A stretch of DNA of 63,844 nt, filler included, from Olpidium bornovanus S191 (taxonomy: Eukaryota > Fungi > Olpidiomycota), in the NCBI GenBank assembly GCA_017911155.1. It is 34 parts of 34 records of this genome, joined end to end, with 100 filler letters (N's around TTAATTAATTAA, not from the genome) between each part and the next. Parts side by side here need not be neighbours in the genome. Positions count along the whole stretch, not along the records: positions 37,102 to 38,293 come from JAEFCI010005511.1; positions 38,394 to 41,307 come from JAEFCI010005785.1; positions 41,408 to 45,091 come from JAEFCI010008183.1; positions 45,192 to 46,310 come from JAEFCI010001644.1; positions 46,411 to 48,235 come from JAEFCI010005734.1; positions 48,336 to 50,771 come from JAEFCI010011626.1; positions 50,872 to 52,800 come from JAEFCI010013124.1; 27 more parts are not named here. One strand, written 5' to 3'. This document shows positions 37,628 through 50,996 of the stretch, piece by piece. Position 1 is the stretch's first letter; the number at the start of each line of letters is the position of its first letter. The position numbers and the translations under genes are program-made. The notes beneath the pieces were generated by a model that did no database searches, had not been told where the DNA came from, and saw only the letters and a list, made by a program, of their open reading frames with translations.

Positions 37628-38413
37628 GACTGTGAGAAAATCCCGCGATCCAAAACTGTTGTTGGTTTACCGCGCCGGCCGGGGGTAAGGTGGGGGTGGG
37701 AGGTGAAAGAGAGGGCGGCACACCATCATTTTATTTATCCGACACGCGGGAGAGAGAGTTGATTTTTGGAGTGCCGCGGTATTCCGCCGTTCAAAGCTGA
37801 TCCCAGGACAAACACGGGGCTCGAACGGGGTAAACACTTCCGGTGGGCCGATAGAGGAAGATCTGAACGCGGCCCTTACCGCGAATGTCTGGCGACGACC
37901 GCGTGGGGGGGGGGGGGGGGGGGGGGGGGGGGAGGGGGGGGGGGGAGGGAGGGGGGACCTTCGTCGGCAAAATAATCCCACCTGGTGGATCCCCCCGCAC
38001 CTGAGGTCTCTCCGGTGGGGGTGGTTTTTTGGTGGGTGCTGCGGGGGTGCACGGGCCGGGCCGGCCTCCATTAATCTGCACCCCGGCCCGTTTAAGGCGC
38101 GGGCCAGGGGGGAGGGGAAAAAAACGCCCGTTGATGACCCGATGGGTCCCGAGGCGCCGCCCGTGCCTGACCCGTGGAGGCGGGTCACGGGTCGGGTCGA
38201 CACAGCCCTGGGGCAGGGGACGTGCTGGAGTCAAGGCCGGACGGGGTACCAAGTGGGAAATCCGCGGGGGGGGGGGGGGGGGGGGGGCGCGCGNNNNNNN
38301 NNNNNNNNNNNNNNNNNNNNNNNNNNNNNNNNNNNNNTTAATTAATTAANNNNNNNNNNNNNNNNNNNNNNNNNNNNNNNNNNNNNNNNNNNNAACCCGG
38401 GGGGGGGGGGGGG

Positions 38414-38444
<31 letters not shown>

Positions 38445-38466
38445 GAAAAAAGAAGCGGGGGAAGGG

Positions 38467-38504
<38 letters not shown>

Positions 38505-38583
38505 CACTTTCCTTCCTGCCCTTCCCCCTTCCCCCTTCCCCCCTTCCCCCTTTTTCTTCCACCATCCCGCTCTCGCACACGCA

Positions 38584-38615
<32 letters not shown>

Positions 38616-38763
38616 CACACACAAAGACACAATCCGCCCCGCATCGGTTTCTCTCGCACGAGGCCCTTTCCCTTCACCCGCTTCGGACCCGTCCCCCCAC
38701 CCCCCGGCCGGCTATTTCGGGTGGGGAAAAAGGAAGGATGGTGAAATGGGAAAGGGGAGTAAA

Positions 38764-38794
<31 letters not shown>

Positions 38795-38935
38795 GGGGGA
38801 GGTGGGGGGGGGGGGGGGGGGGGGGTGGTCACGCGGACACGAAGTTGAAGGAACGTCGGGCGGAAAGGGAAGGAGGGAAACCGAGAGTGAGAGATTTTGG
38901 CTTTCACACTTGGTAACCGGGTTGAGTTTTTTTTT

Positions 38936-39094
38936 TTATCTGCCGATCGGCTGGCGTTCGATAATGGAATGTTGGCTGTCAGGGAAGAGCGCGGGAGACA
39001 GGGGATCGATTTTACGGTCCGGACGTTCACGTGCAACCAAAAAAAAAAAAAAAAAAAAAACGAAATTCGCCCGCGGAAAAAACGCGCCGGCGCC

Positions 39095-39132
<38 letters not shown>

Positions 39133-41307
39133 TTTCGTCCTTTCGGACGCGGTAGTAGAAGTCCGCGAACTCGGATTTGCCGAGGAGCCGCATGAAATCC
39201 TCGTCGTGCGTGATGATTATGAGCTGGAAGTTCTTCTGCTGCCGCCTCGCGAGGATGATTCTGCGACGCAGCAACAAACAGCGGGGGGGGGGGGGGGAGG
39301 GGGGGGGATGTCGAACATCGGACACCAAAGTTGAAAAGGAAAGAGAAAAGAAACCGGTCAGGTCCTACGAAACACGCCGTGGAACCGAGTGGGAAGGGGA
39401 GCCAACCCGCGGTCGGAACAAAAAAAAAAAAAAAAAAAAAAACAGCTGCGCGTGTGGGCCGGAGAAGGGCCTGCGCGCGCGAAACGCGACAACCACCAAC
39501 CGAACCTCTTCAGACTGTCCGCCAGGCTCTCGATGTTCTCGCGGTCGAGGTTGGTCGTCGGCTCGTCCAGCGCCAGGATGCCGCAGTTGAGCCCGAAGGA
39601 CTCGGCGAGCGCAAGGCGGATGATGATGGAGGCGAGGACCTTTTGTCCCGCACTGCACCGGCCGCGCATGTCGAGCACGGAATCTCCCTTGATCAGGACG
39701 ACCCGGTAGTTATACGACCGGTTGCCCTTGGTGTTCTCTGTGTCCGACCGTATCTCGATGGTGTCCACGTCTGGAACCCCCCCCCCCCGTTTGCCCAAGA
39801 ACACGTCAGCTAAGCTTTTGCTTTGGTTATTTCGCCATCGCTTCTCAGCAGCGAATCAATGCTTAACCGTTCCCCTTGTACGTGTTGATCCAGAGTTCCC
39901 GTATGATTTTGTTGATCTCCTCCATCTTCAGAGCGTGGAACTGCATGATCGCGCTGGATACGAATCAAGGGTTCGAAAGCCTGGCCATCAGAAACGTAAG
40001 CCGCGGAACAGGCAACTCACTTGTCCAACGCTTTGGAATATTTCTCCAGGTCCTCGTTCGCCATTTCTGATGTCTGCCAACAAACACACTGCCGGTTACC
40101 CGACGGTACATACCTGCCAGATGGCCGATCTACAAACAATCGAGCAGCAAACGTACTGTGACTTTGACATATTGCGCCGTCCTGAGAGCGTCCACGTCCT
40201 TGTATTCCAAATCAAGTTCGCGCACCAAGCCTTGCTGGTGAACCTTTAACTGCCGCGTTTCGCCGTTCAGGCCCGCACTCTGCGAACCGCGCGCACAGAA
40301 CGACGTTTAGCAAAACGGTCCACGCAGTCTTCGCCCCAAACGCACCCGTGGGAAACAACAAAAAAACGGGAGAGCTGGGAGGGGAGCGGAGGAAGCGGTA
40401 GAGAGGGAGGGGGTGTGGGGGAAAGACAGCAACGTAGAATGTTAACCTCTTCTTCCAAGCTCTTTTGGCGGGCGTGCAAACGCCGGTACTGGTCGTCGTA
40501 CGATCGCTTGTCGTACGTAGCAGCCTGTCGGCGCATCTCCTCCAATTCAGTCTGCATAGAGGCGATCGACCTGCCCATGTCCCGGAGCTCGAGGTTCTGT
40601 TTAATGTTGCGCTGAACGTCCTCGCTGTTAACGAGCTGGAGGTCGAGCTCGGAAATCTGAGTCGAAAGGTCATCGAAACGCGTTTTTCGTGTGGCCATCT
40701 CCTCTTCGATTTTGGCGATCTTGGCGGTACTCAGTTTTAAGCAATCTTCTGTTTTTTCCGTCGAAAACCTTTTTTTTTTTTTTTTTTTTTGCGGCAGCAA
40801 GGGTTGGAAACTGGTACAAAGTTGCCTGATATCACCCGCTGGGCCCGTAAAGAAACGTACGCATCAATCTCTCGTTGCGACGCAGAAAGTCTGTCCAAGG
40901 AGGCTTGAACGCGCCGGACTTCGCCATCCGCATCATCCACGGCAAGCTTGTTATTCTGCTGAAGCTGGTGCAGCTCGGCCTGCACTTCGTTGGCGTGGGG
41001 CTGCAGGTTTGATATCGAAACCCCAATCTCCTGCAACGCCTTCTCCAGCTGCTCCGCCTCCGTGCGCGATTCGGCGATAATCTGCTCCAACCGAACGCGG
41101 GTTTGCAGCTGGAACTCAGAGTCCTTCACCTCCTTCTCAGCGTCGTACACCCGCTTCTCGCAAGTTAGTAACCGGGCCTGTCGCGCGCCCGCCTCCTGGT
41201 TGAGGCGTTCGACTTCCCTCTGCGTGGATTTGCTGCGGGCCCGCAAAGTTGACGTCTACTCAGAGAGCCGCAATCACGCCGTACACCCCGGTAAGCAGCA
41301 GGCATGG
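38936..41307 (-). CDS. RAD50: DNA repair protein Rad50, C-terminal part (multi-exon)
   Basis: Coiled coil, then [50 protein letters not shown]; last exon [12 protein letters not shown]. Confidence 0.97.
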
Positions 41308-41407
41308 NNNNNNNNNNNNNNNNNNNNNNNNNNNNNNNNNNNNNNNNNNNNTTAATTAATTAANNNNNNNNNNNNNNNNNNNNNNNNNNNNNNNNNNNNN
41401 NNNNNNN

Positions 41408-42685
41408 CATGAAAGCGTTGTACCATTGATTACCGCATTCCGGCACGAGGACCAAGTCATCATTGTCTTGCCGTATTTTCCGCACCAGGACTTTCGAGTG
41501 CGTGGCCCCGCCGCCCTAATTCGCCAATATCCAGAGTCGCACATTGACCATCACCTGCTCCTTCCCACCGGCAGGACTATTTCGCCACCTTCGACGCCGA
41601 CGACACGCGGGCATTTATGCGCTGCCTCCTCGGCGCGCTGGCCCACGCGCACTCCCACAAGATCATCCACAGAGACGTGAAGCCGAGCAACTTCCTGTAC
41701 GACCCGCGGCTGCGCAAAGGATCGCTTGTTGATTTCGGGCTTGCCGAAAGGGAGGATCCGGAGCCCGTCACTGGAACCAGGCTCTCAGAACAGAAGCCCG
41801 GCAAAAGCAGGTTATGCTGCAGTGTAAGCAACCCGGGGATCTGGAAGGGGGATGCAAGGCGAGTTAGGTTTTGTCTGTTTGGCCGGCTTCTTCTGCGATA
41901 TGCCGCAGGGTATTGTTTCGACCCTGCGGTCGCGCTCACCATTGCCGCCGCGAAACGCAGACCGTCAATCCGCGCGAGCCGCGCAGGGACGCGCGGGTTT
42001 AGGGCCCCGGAAGTCCTGTTCAAGGTCATCCGGCAGACCGTTGGTATGCCCGCCAGGTTCGCTGCGACCGATGAGGGACGGGCTGGACCCAAAACAAATG
42101 GCTGATGTCACGCATATTTTTCTGAAAAAGCGATCGACGTCTGGGCCGCTGGCGTCATCCTTCTGTGTATCATCACCCGCCGCTTCCCGTTCTTCAGCAG
42201 TCCCGACGACGTGGAGGCCCTCGGCGAGCTAACGGCGGTATTCGGCAACGTTGAAATGGCGAAGGTGGCAGAGAAACTGAGTACGTTTCATTTGACAAGA
42301 CTACAATTGTTGCTGGGTTTGAGATCCGGTCCTCGCTCGTGTTTCATACGATTGCTGCTTGCGTTCTGCGTTCACGTTTCCGTGCACTCTCTCCCACGTC
42401 TACCGTTCTGACCTCTCCCCGTCCTCTTCCCTTCCCTCCCTCTTCCACTCCCCCCCTCCCAATGTCCCTCATTTTTTTTTTCCAGACCGCACCTTCCACA
42501 CGAACATCCCCACAATGCGGTTTGAGAGGTCGAAGCTGGAGAAGTACGCGCGTTGGTTCCACGTGAAGGACGGAAACGTCCTACCAGACTCGGCGTTCGA
42601 CCTGCTGAACAAGCTTATGGCCCTCGATCCCGTTGAGCGGATTACCGCCGCAGATGCGCTGCGGCACCCGTTCCTCGCCGAATAA
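41408..42685 (+). CDS. CDC7: Cdc7 serine/threonine kinase (5' truncated, multi-exon)
   Basis: AFRHEDQVIIVLPYFPHQDFR, IIHRDVKPSNFLY, LVDFGLAE, RASRAGTRGFRAPEVLFK, IDVWAAGVILL. Confidence 0.92.
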
Positions 42686-43931
42686 AAAGGAAACGACAAA
42701 AAGAAAGAAAGAAACAAAGAGACTAACATCTCAGAAAGGCTTGTGTCAGCAAAGCGTAGTCGGGGCGAAAAACGAGGTCCGCTGTTTTTACAGAGCTGAT
42801 TTAAGAACGGGATTAATTTTTTAACGTTCGCGCCCTCCCCTTCTTCCTCCCGCCCGTCCCCCCTCTTCCCCCCTCTTTCCTCCCTCACGTTTCCGGTGTA
42901 AACAAGGAAAAAAAAAACAAATCTCGTTTATTGAAATGGAATCCAACTTCGATTAATTTAATCTGAAATATTCTATTCCCCCCTTCCCCCCAATCCCCGC
43001 TCCGTAGGTGCTGAACATTGTTTTAGCTCAATCTTTATGTGGTCAAGCGTGGCTCCGCACGTGTAACGCCTGACCCCCCCTCCCCCCCTCCCCTCCTCCC
43101 CCACCCTCCTCTCCCTCCTTCTCTCCCTAGAATTCACGAAAAATAGAACTATTGAGGCAGCAAAAAAAAAATCCTACCGCGTTACGGCTTCATTTCTCGG
43201 GCCTTGGTGCAACGGGTGCTGGGTCGCGCGCGAACTTCTTGCGGTAAGGAGTTTTTGCTTTACCCGCAATTTTGTTTTTCTTTTTCCCGTCGTCATGGGT
43301 CGACGGTCTTTTTTCTCGGGGAAAAATTTCGGGCCCCATGTTTAACGTCGGCCGAAAGGGGGTTTTTTTTTGGTGAGAGGGGATCTTCGCCCGACCTTTT
43401 TTTGGGCTGCACGATGTGTTTTTGCTTCAGAGCTTCTTCATATCGTTGCGGTGGAAAAAAACAACGGATGCCGACTGGCAAAAAGGAAACGTCTCAAATC
43501 TTCACGCGAAATTCGAGGGAGGAGGAGGGGGGTTGTGGTGAAGTGGAAGGGGAGGAGGGGGCGAAGAAACAAAGCTAAGAAAAACGGAAGAAAAAACCAT
43601 GCAAAAATCAGGATAGAGCGGTAGTTTCGGCGTTCTTTTTTATCTGCTCAAATCCAGGGGATCATCGGGGAAGTGGGGGAGGGAAACGGGAGCCGGATGT
43701 GGATTCTTCTGCTGATCGGATCGGGTGGGAAGCGGGGAAAACTATAATTTAATTGATGGGTCATCCCGGAAGAATAATAGACCGAGGCGAGGAATGATGA
43801 TGATGGCGATGATGACGATGATGATCGCTCCCGCACCCCTTCTTCCCCGCACCCGCTTCCCGCCAAAACCGGCGCGCGGTTTTTGCGCCGGCGGGTGGTT
43901 TTCTGATTTGTTCTTGATTTGCCTTTTCCGT

Positions 43932-44961
43932 CTAAACGTTCTCGAGCGCGTCGCCGCCGCCGTCGTGGAGGCGGGAGGGCAGGGGCAGGAAGTCTTTCGG
44001 CTCCCGCTGCCGCTGGAACTCCCTCGTGCTGACCATCTTCTTGATCGTCTTCGGCTGAGCAGCCGTCAGCGACGTCCCGGCCGAGGCCGCGTTGGCGGGC
44101 TTCGCCAGGTCATCCTTGAGGGAAGGCGCCGACGCGCGGCGGCCTTCGTTGAGCGGCTCCGTCGACGGCCGCCGCTGGCGACGGCGCCCGGCAGCGGCGG
44201 CGCGGGCCGCGAAGTACCTGTCGGTGAACCTCTGCAGCTCGGACGACACCACCAGCACGGCGGAGAGCCAGAACATCTGGGAGATGCTAAAGAAGGTGTG
44301 CAGCGCGGCCAGGGTCTGGTTGATGAACGCGGGGTTGGCGACCTGCGCGAAGCGGAGGGCGACGCCGAAGATCCAGCAAAACAGGACCACGAAGACGTAT
44401 GAGATGTAGCGGCTGACGAGCGTCGAAAACGGGTCCTTCCTGCCGCGGGCGTGCGCCGGCCCCGCGTCCGACCCCGCCGTCCTCGAACAAACCGAGGGCG
44501 ACCGCGCGCCAACCGAGGGCGACCGCGCGCCAACCGAGGGCGACCGCGCGCCGCCGCTGAGCGGCGCGGTCCGCACCACCACCGCCTGCAGGTGCTGCTG
44601 CTGCTGCTGCGCAGGCGCAGGCGCAGGTTTTCCCTCCTGCTGCTGGCGGCCGTCGCTCCCGCCCGGGCGGTTCGCGCCGGCGGACCGCCATTCCGCCCGC
44701 TGCCTGTACGCGGTGACAAGAATGGCGACGAGGATGCCCAGGTTCGCGAAGTACGTCAGCAAGAGCCAGCCGTAGAACACGCCGTAGCGGAGCCCGGGTT
44801 TTGCCGCCGGGATCCAGCACCAGGGCCCGACGTTCGCGATGTTGCGCTCCCGGTCCGCCAGCACCGGCAGGACGAGAGCCCCCGGCACCAGCCAGCACAC
44901 TGCGCAGAACGCCGCGGACAGGTGCCGAGGGTAGAAATCCTTGCGCCTGAGGATGAGGAGG
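43932..44961 (-). CDS. cAMP-receptor-like / Git3-like GPCR, final exon (approx. TM4-TM7 and tail)
   Basis: GPWCWI motif followed by hydrophobic helices (YGVFYGWLLL; YISYVFVVLFCWIFG; LAALHTFF); long third intracellular loop. Confidence 0.75.
44490..44552 (-). repeat. 21-bp x3 coding repeat (GARSPSV) in the GPCR loop
   Basis: aaccgagggcgaccgcgcgcc x3 on the + strand. Confidence 0.97.
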
Positions 44962-45191
44962 CTAAGACGAGAGAGGAAAGAAGGTGAGATCGAGAAAAAC
45001 GAGCAAACCAACCCCCCCCCACGGAGGAGAGAAAGGGAGGAGAATATTCACCGACGGGGGGAAAGGACATAAGAAAAAAACAAAATAAGAGNNNNNNNNN
45101 NNNNNNNNNNNNNNNNNNNNNNNNNNNNNNNNNNNTTAATTAATTAANNNNNNNNNNNNNNNNNNNNNNNNNNNNNNNNNNNNNNNNNNNN

Positions 45192-46310
45192 CATGAAGTC
45201 GACCATAACGTTTCCAACGATAACCGACTTCCCCCGACCGAAAACCGTCCAGTTGCTCGGCGCCCACTCGAAAATATTACCAACCGGACGGCGAAACAAT
45301 CTGTAATATTTCAAACGGCGGCTGCGAAGTCTACCGGGGTAAACACTGTTGGTAGCAGAACATCCTCGCTGTCTCCGCGGAGCACCCCTGAGGAGTGTAC
45401 CCCGATCAAACGGCCTGCAGCCATTCGGAAAGGCCCGTCGCGCAAGCCACCGGCAAAGAGCCGGTTCGCTCTGCCAAAAGACATGCATGTTCGACAGGAA
45501 AGTCGACCTCCCCCGGCCCTGCGATCTCCAGCAGTCGTTGCCTCCGCGACATCCCTGACGGCCGACGGAATTTGGGAGGCTTCAACGACTGGAGAACACG
45601 GTGGGATGTGGCTCCGACAGCCGGACAGCGCCATTGCCCAGGCTCCGTCTGGTCAAACACTGGTCGAGAGCTCGGCTGTGGGAGTTTTTACACCGACCCG
45701 CACTTCCCATTCCAGCGACAGCTTCGAGGAAGAAGAGCTTTCCATGGACATATGCGAGTCGGATGAGGAAAGGGTCCCTCCGACGTTCCGCAACTTGAGC
45801 GCGTCTGCTGCCAGCGTCGTCCGGATGCTTTTCGGGGTCAACGAGACACCCCCGCCGCCTTCGCGTTTGCCATCGCCCTCGCCTCATCCCGCCACAGATC
45901 ATCCTTCGAACGCCCGTACAGGCTCCGTGTGTAATCAGGACGAGATTGCGCGAGGGCCTTTTGCGGCTATTTCGCCTCCACACGTACCTCGTGGCGACAC
46001 TCCGTCAGTATCTCATGCGCCTGAAAATGACACATTGGATGGGACGAAGGCCATGGCGGACCACGAGAACTGCGCATCTGGTTCTGACGCCGTTTCTCAG
46101 GATTACCCGGCGCTTCAGGCCTTTGAATCATTGGACGAATGGCAGGGGGTTTCGCATACCACAGCCGAGCTGCCAGTGGCCTGTGACAGCATGACCTGCT
46201 GTCCAGTAGCCGAAGCATCAATCGCAGCGCCGGCCGTTCACGATGATGACGACGAAACTGATCCCCTCCTGGCAGCGATAGCTAGTTCGCACAGCCTGAA
46301 TTCCCCTTCG
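45192..46310 (+). CDS. Disordered S/T-P-rich protein segment with D-box-like RRPLENITN (open at both ends)
   Basis: One frame is open across the whole contig; RxxLxxxxN motif at 45258-45284. Confidence 0.6.
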
Positions 46311-46410
46311 NNNNNNNNNNNNNNNNNNNNNNNNNNNNNNNNNNNNNNNNNNNNTTAATTAATTAANNNNNNNNNNNNNNNNNNNNNNNNNNNNNNNNNN
46401 NNNNNNNNNN

Positions 46411-46529
<119 letters not shown>

Positions 46530-46997
46530 CAGCGCCGCCCGCCGAACGTCCGCCGCCGCCGCCGCCGCCGCGCCCTCTGCGTGCTGTCCTGCTTGGCGCG
46601 AACGACAGCCGCCGCTCCACTCGGCGAGAAAGAGAGAAGGAGATAGAAAGAGTGTGTGTGTGAGAGAGAGAAAGACCGACTTGCCGGTTGCTGCCGCACC
46701 TCCTCGTCACGACCAAAGCCCGCCCTTGCCGAGCACAAAAAGTGCGGTTGGAAGCGGAGGAGGTGCGTCGCGATTCGGCTTCTCCCAGCGCGCACGCGTC
46801 GGCTCCTTTCTGAGCCGTGTCCGCGGACACGATGCTCGCGCAAAGAGCGGCAACGCCCGCTGATTTGACGCCGCCGCCCCCGCCGGAAGGCTTTGTGCTT
46901 TGCCTGGGCCCTCTCGCGCGGCACCGGAAACCTGACCCCCCGTTTTCCCCGCCTCACTCCAGGCGACGGACCGCGGGAACGTTTCGGCGGTGCCGAG

Positions 46998-48235
46998 ATG
47001 GATTCGGCCGGTGTAGTGGCTCGCGCTGCGGCGGCCTCCGGTTCCTGCGGAGCAGCGAGATCGGGCGCGGGCCGCGCCGGAAGCAGGGGCAAATCATTCG
47101 GCGGCGCGCAGGAAGCACGCGTTCTTCCGGTCGTGTACTTGCCGCGCGAAGACGGCGAGTCGGTTTCCATCGGGCGCGGGTCGAAAGCCGACGTGTCTCT
47201 CGGTCGCGAGTACAAGCAGGTCTCGAGGGTCCACCTCGTCGCGACGCGGGTAGCGGCGCGCAGGTTTGTCGTCCGCGTCCCGGGAACGAACGGAGCGGTG
47301 ATCGACCGCGTCTCGTACCCCTGCAACTCCCGCGCGACGGTCGTTCGCGACGGCGCCGTCTGCGTCCTCGGCGACGCGCGGTTCGTGTTTCGCGATCCCG
47401 CGCTGGAGGACGCGGCCGCCGGCGTTACGGGAGATCACGAGATCGCCGATTGTGAGCTGCTAGGTGAGCGCGCGGAAAGTTTACGCCGCGGTCGCGAGCG
47501 GGGCACTTGGCGCTCGACTGACGCGCGGTGCTTTTCAGATTCTTCGATGACGGAGAACTGCCCCCCCAAAATGCGCGGGGCTGACGGGCGAAACGCGTCG
47601 TTTTTTGGCAGCGCTGCGGACCCGTTTACGTGCGGCCCTCCGAACGCGTCGATCCTCCCGCCGAAAAAGCGCCCGTCCGCGGGCTCCCACGTTGGCCGGT
47701 CCGCCGGTGACGTTTTGCTTAGGTCGGACCCCATAGCCGTCCCGCTATCTCCGTGTTCGCCAAAATCCGTTGGCGACCCTCCATTTTCGGCCAGGTCGTC
47801 TTCCCCAGTGCGTTATTGCGCGCCGCCGGCGGCCGCCGGTGGTTCGACTCCGAACACGGAACGCTTCAGCTCGTTGACGGACGTCACCGATATCCAAGCG
47901 AAAGCCGTTGCGCCTATGAGCCCGAGCAAGCAGCATAACACGTTGAAGGATTCGCTCAAGTTTACAACATCCGAAAGCGACAGCAGACGGGGGGAGTGGA
48001 GGACCTCCGCTGATCCCGCGGAAGTTCTCGTCACCGCCCAGCGAGGCTCTGCCGTCCGAAAGCCGCGGGATCCTGCCGCCGAAGGATCGCGGCTACGGAA
48101 AGAAATCGAAGACGTCAAAGCCGCGGCCCAAGCTGTCAAATTCTTCACGAGCAGACCTGCTCGCAAACCGCCTGCCGAGAGCGCTCGATCGTCGGAGGAG
48201 CAGGATTCCAAAGAGAATTCCGGTGACGGGCCATG
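46998..48235 (+). CDS. FHA-domain protein (Tos4/Plm2-like), 3' truncated
   Basis: SIGRGSKADVSLGREYKQVSRVHL...GTNG carries the FHA GR/SRxH/NG residues; followed by a Ser/Pro-rich region. Confidence 0.7.
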
Positions 48236-48335
48236 NNNNNNNNNNNNNNNNNNNNNNNNNNNNNNNNNNNNNNNNNNNNTTAATTAATTAANNNNNNNNN
48301 NNNNNNNNNNNNNNNNNNNNNNNNNNNNNNNNNNN

Positions 48336-49224
48336 ACCATGCCGCTGGCCAACTCCACGACTCCGACTCGGCCGAGGCCGGCCACTTCGCCCGTGCCGAC
48401 GAAGGTCACGACGAACACGGCGACGAGGCTAGTGCACCGCACCGGCTTCTGTTTCGGCCGCCTCCGTCGGCGCCTCTGTTGCGCGCCGGTGTCAACTGTA
48501 CTCGGAGTCAAGTTTCCGATACTGACGCCTGTTTTTCGTACGCGTTGAATTATTCAGAGTTTTGGCGACATCATTGTGTACCAGTGCATCCACACCATCG
48601 AGTTTTGCCTGGGGTGTATCTCCAACACCGCTTCGTACCTCCGTCTTTGGGCACTTTCGCTTGCTCACGCGCGTGAGTTATCCAGATCCATCTCGGACAC
48701 GAGAGCTGTCCGCAGAGTGCGTTCGTCACTAACTTTGGCAATCATATCTCCCTGCCGTTCGTAGAGCTCTCTGATGTGCTCTGGGATATGCTGTTTGAAA
48801 AACTGGCGTTCGCGAACGAATCCCTTGCCGGCAGCATTATGGTCTTTGTCATTTTCTTTTTCTGGCTGGCCCTAACCGTGGGCATCCTGCTCATCATGGA
48901 GGGGCTTTCGGCCTTCCTGCACGCGTTGCGTCTGCACTGGTGAGAGTTGCCGATCACTCGTCTGCGCTCCGTCGAAGCCTTCGCTTATACGGTCCTTGCA
49001 ATGGTTACGACGCGCCATGTGCAGGGTCGAGTTCAACAGCAAGTTCTACCAGGGTTCGGGTCGAAAGTGAGCGCTCTGCCCTCGGCTTTTCAGTGATTTT
49101 GTTTTCAGGGCATGGGGTGAATCCGGTATAACCCGGTTACATTGAGGCCCTGCCTTTTCCTTCGGTCATCTCTAGGTTCATGCCATTCTCCTTCGAGGCT
49201 GTGCTTAACCACGAGGAGGAGTAG
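48336..49224 (+). CDS. VPH1: V-type ATPase V0 subunit a, C-terminal part
   Basis: [43 protein letters not shown]|VEFNSKFY. Confidence 0.96.
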
Positions 49225-50353
49225 GTATTATTCGCGTGGTAAAGCACGCGTGAGGGTCGGTGAAATCGATGAACGAACCAGAGGAGCTCCTTCCCGTTTT
49301 CATCGGATGGGTTTGTTTCTGTCTGCATATTTTCGCTTTATAGTGTCATCCCATATCACGTTCCTTTAGCTCTGCCACCTTATTGTAAATTTTGTAGAAA
49401 GCGGGAAACCTCTTTGTTCCCTTTTTGTCCCCCACTATATCCGCGTTTTTTTGTATCCCATCTCCCGGTCTGTCCCTTCTGTTCACTTCCATGCAGCCTC
49501 AACACGCTTACCATTTCCGCCTTCCGTAAAACATCTTTTTTCGACTAAAACGAATTCGCACAAGCTGCAAATCCATACACGTCGAATATCACGTTCACCC
49601 CACGCGAAAGAAATTCTTTATTATCCGGTACTAAGCCGGTTTTTTTTTTGTCATTTCTGTCGCTGAATGCGTGAGCCGGGAGGTTGTCCTCGTCCATCGG
49701 CGCGGATATCATTGCGCAAGCACTGTTCGTCATCCCGGGTGTCCTGAATGTGGACAGGCCCGTGGTCCTCGCCGGACGGGCGCTACCTGCGGCGTAAGAA
49801 ACCGGACGACAATTCAACGTTTTTCTATCGCTTAATGTGGATGCCGTGGTTCTTCAATGTCGCACCGCCGTGATGGCGGCTTTGCGTCCGACCAGCCCGA
49901 TCGAGCAGTTCTCGTCGCCGAACTGCCGCGGCGCCGCGCCTTTGGAGACGCCGTGGTCGCGGCGCCGCGCGCCAAAGAGGGCCTGCTTTCCGCCGGGCCA
50001 TCTCCGCCCGAATTTCCTTCGTGCAAAAAAAAAAAAAAAAAAAAAAAAACCCAAAAATTCCCCCCCCCCCCCCCCGCCCCCCCCCCCCCCCCCCCCCCCT
50101 TCCCCCTTCCCCCGCCCCGATTTTCCCTGGGAAGGGCCGCAGATGTGGGCCGGAGGAAAAAAGGGGGAGACGGAAAAAAAGAAAAGAAAAAAAAAAAAAA
50201 ACACCGCCGCTCCACCCTTCTTCGTCGCGTTCCCTTTAGTCCGGCTCGCGGAGGGAGAAACGGCACCCGCGCCAGGAACAAGAGTGGTCCCCCTCCCGCG
50301 CACGCCCCCGCCAACGCCCCCCGCCCTTCCCACACGCTCGGCCCCCTCCAGCT

Positions 50354-50720
50354 ATGTCGTCTCACCACACAAAGGAGGACGGGCAACCGCCGCCTGCCAT
50401 GGCGGACTTGGAGTCGGGCGACCGGGCGAGGCACATGGGTCTCATCTCGGGCGGCGCCCTCGTTGCCGGCTTCGTCATCGGGAGTGGCATCTTCGCTCCT
50501 GGTGAAATGGTGAGCCTTTTTTTTCTCTTGCGGCGCACACGCGATTTGCTCCACCGGCCGGCGTGAGTGGGTAAAGAGGGGGGGGGGAGGTGCCGGCTTT
50601 TTGACGCGCACTGTTCAAACCCTGCCCGACCACGCCAGTTCAAACTGATTGACACCCCCGCGCAAGTGCTCCTGATTTGGGTGGCTGGCGGTCTGCTTGC
50701 TGCTTGTGGTGGTAAGGCAA
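50354..50720 (+). CDS. LAT/Mup1-type amino acid permease, first two exons
   Basis: MGLISGGALVAGFVIGSGIFAP, LLIWVAGGLLAACG. Confidence 0.85.
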
Positions 50721-50996
50721 CACCCCTCCTCTCTGCCCCCCCCCCCCCCCCCCCGCCCACCCCCCCCCCCCNNNNNNNNNNNNNNNNNNNNNNNNNNNNN
50801 NNNNNNNNNNNNNNNTTAATTAATTAANNNNNNNNNNNNNNNNNNNNNNNNNNNNNNNNNNNNNNNNNNNNCATGTCGATAGGACAGGTCGGGCAACCGC
50901 CTGACCAGCCCACGTGAACTGAAACGCTTGACCGAGAGTGACAAATGACAAAAAATAAATGAAGAGACGCCTGACTGTATTATACGCAGTATAAAC

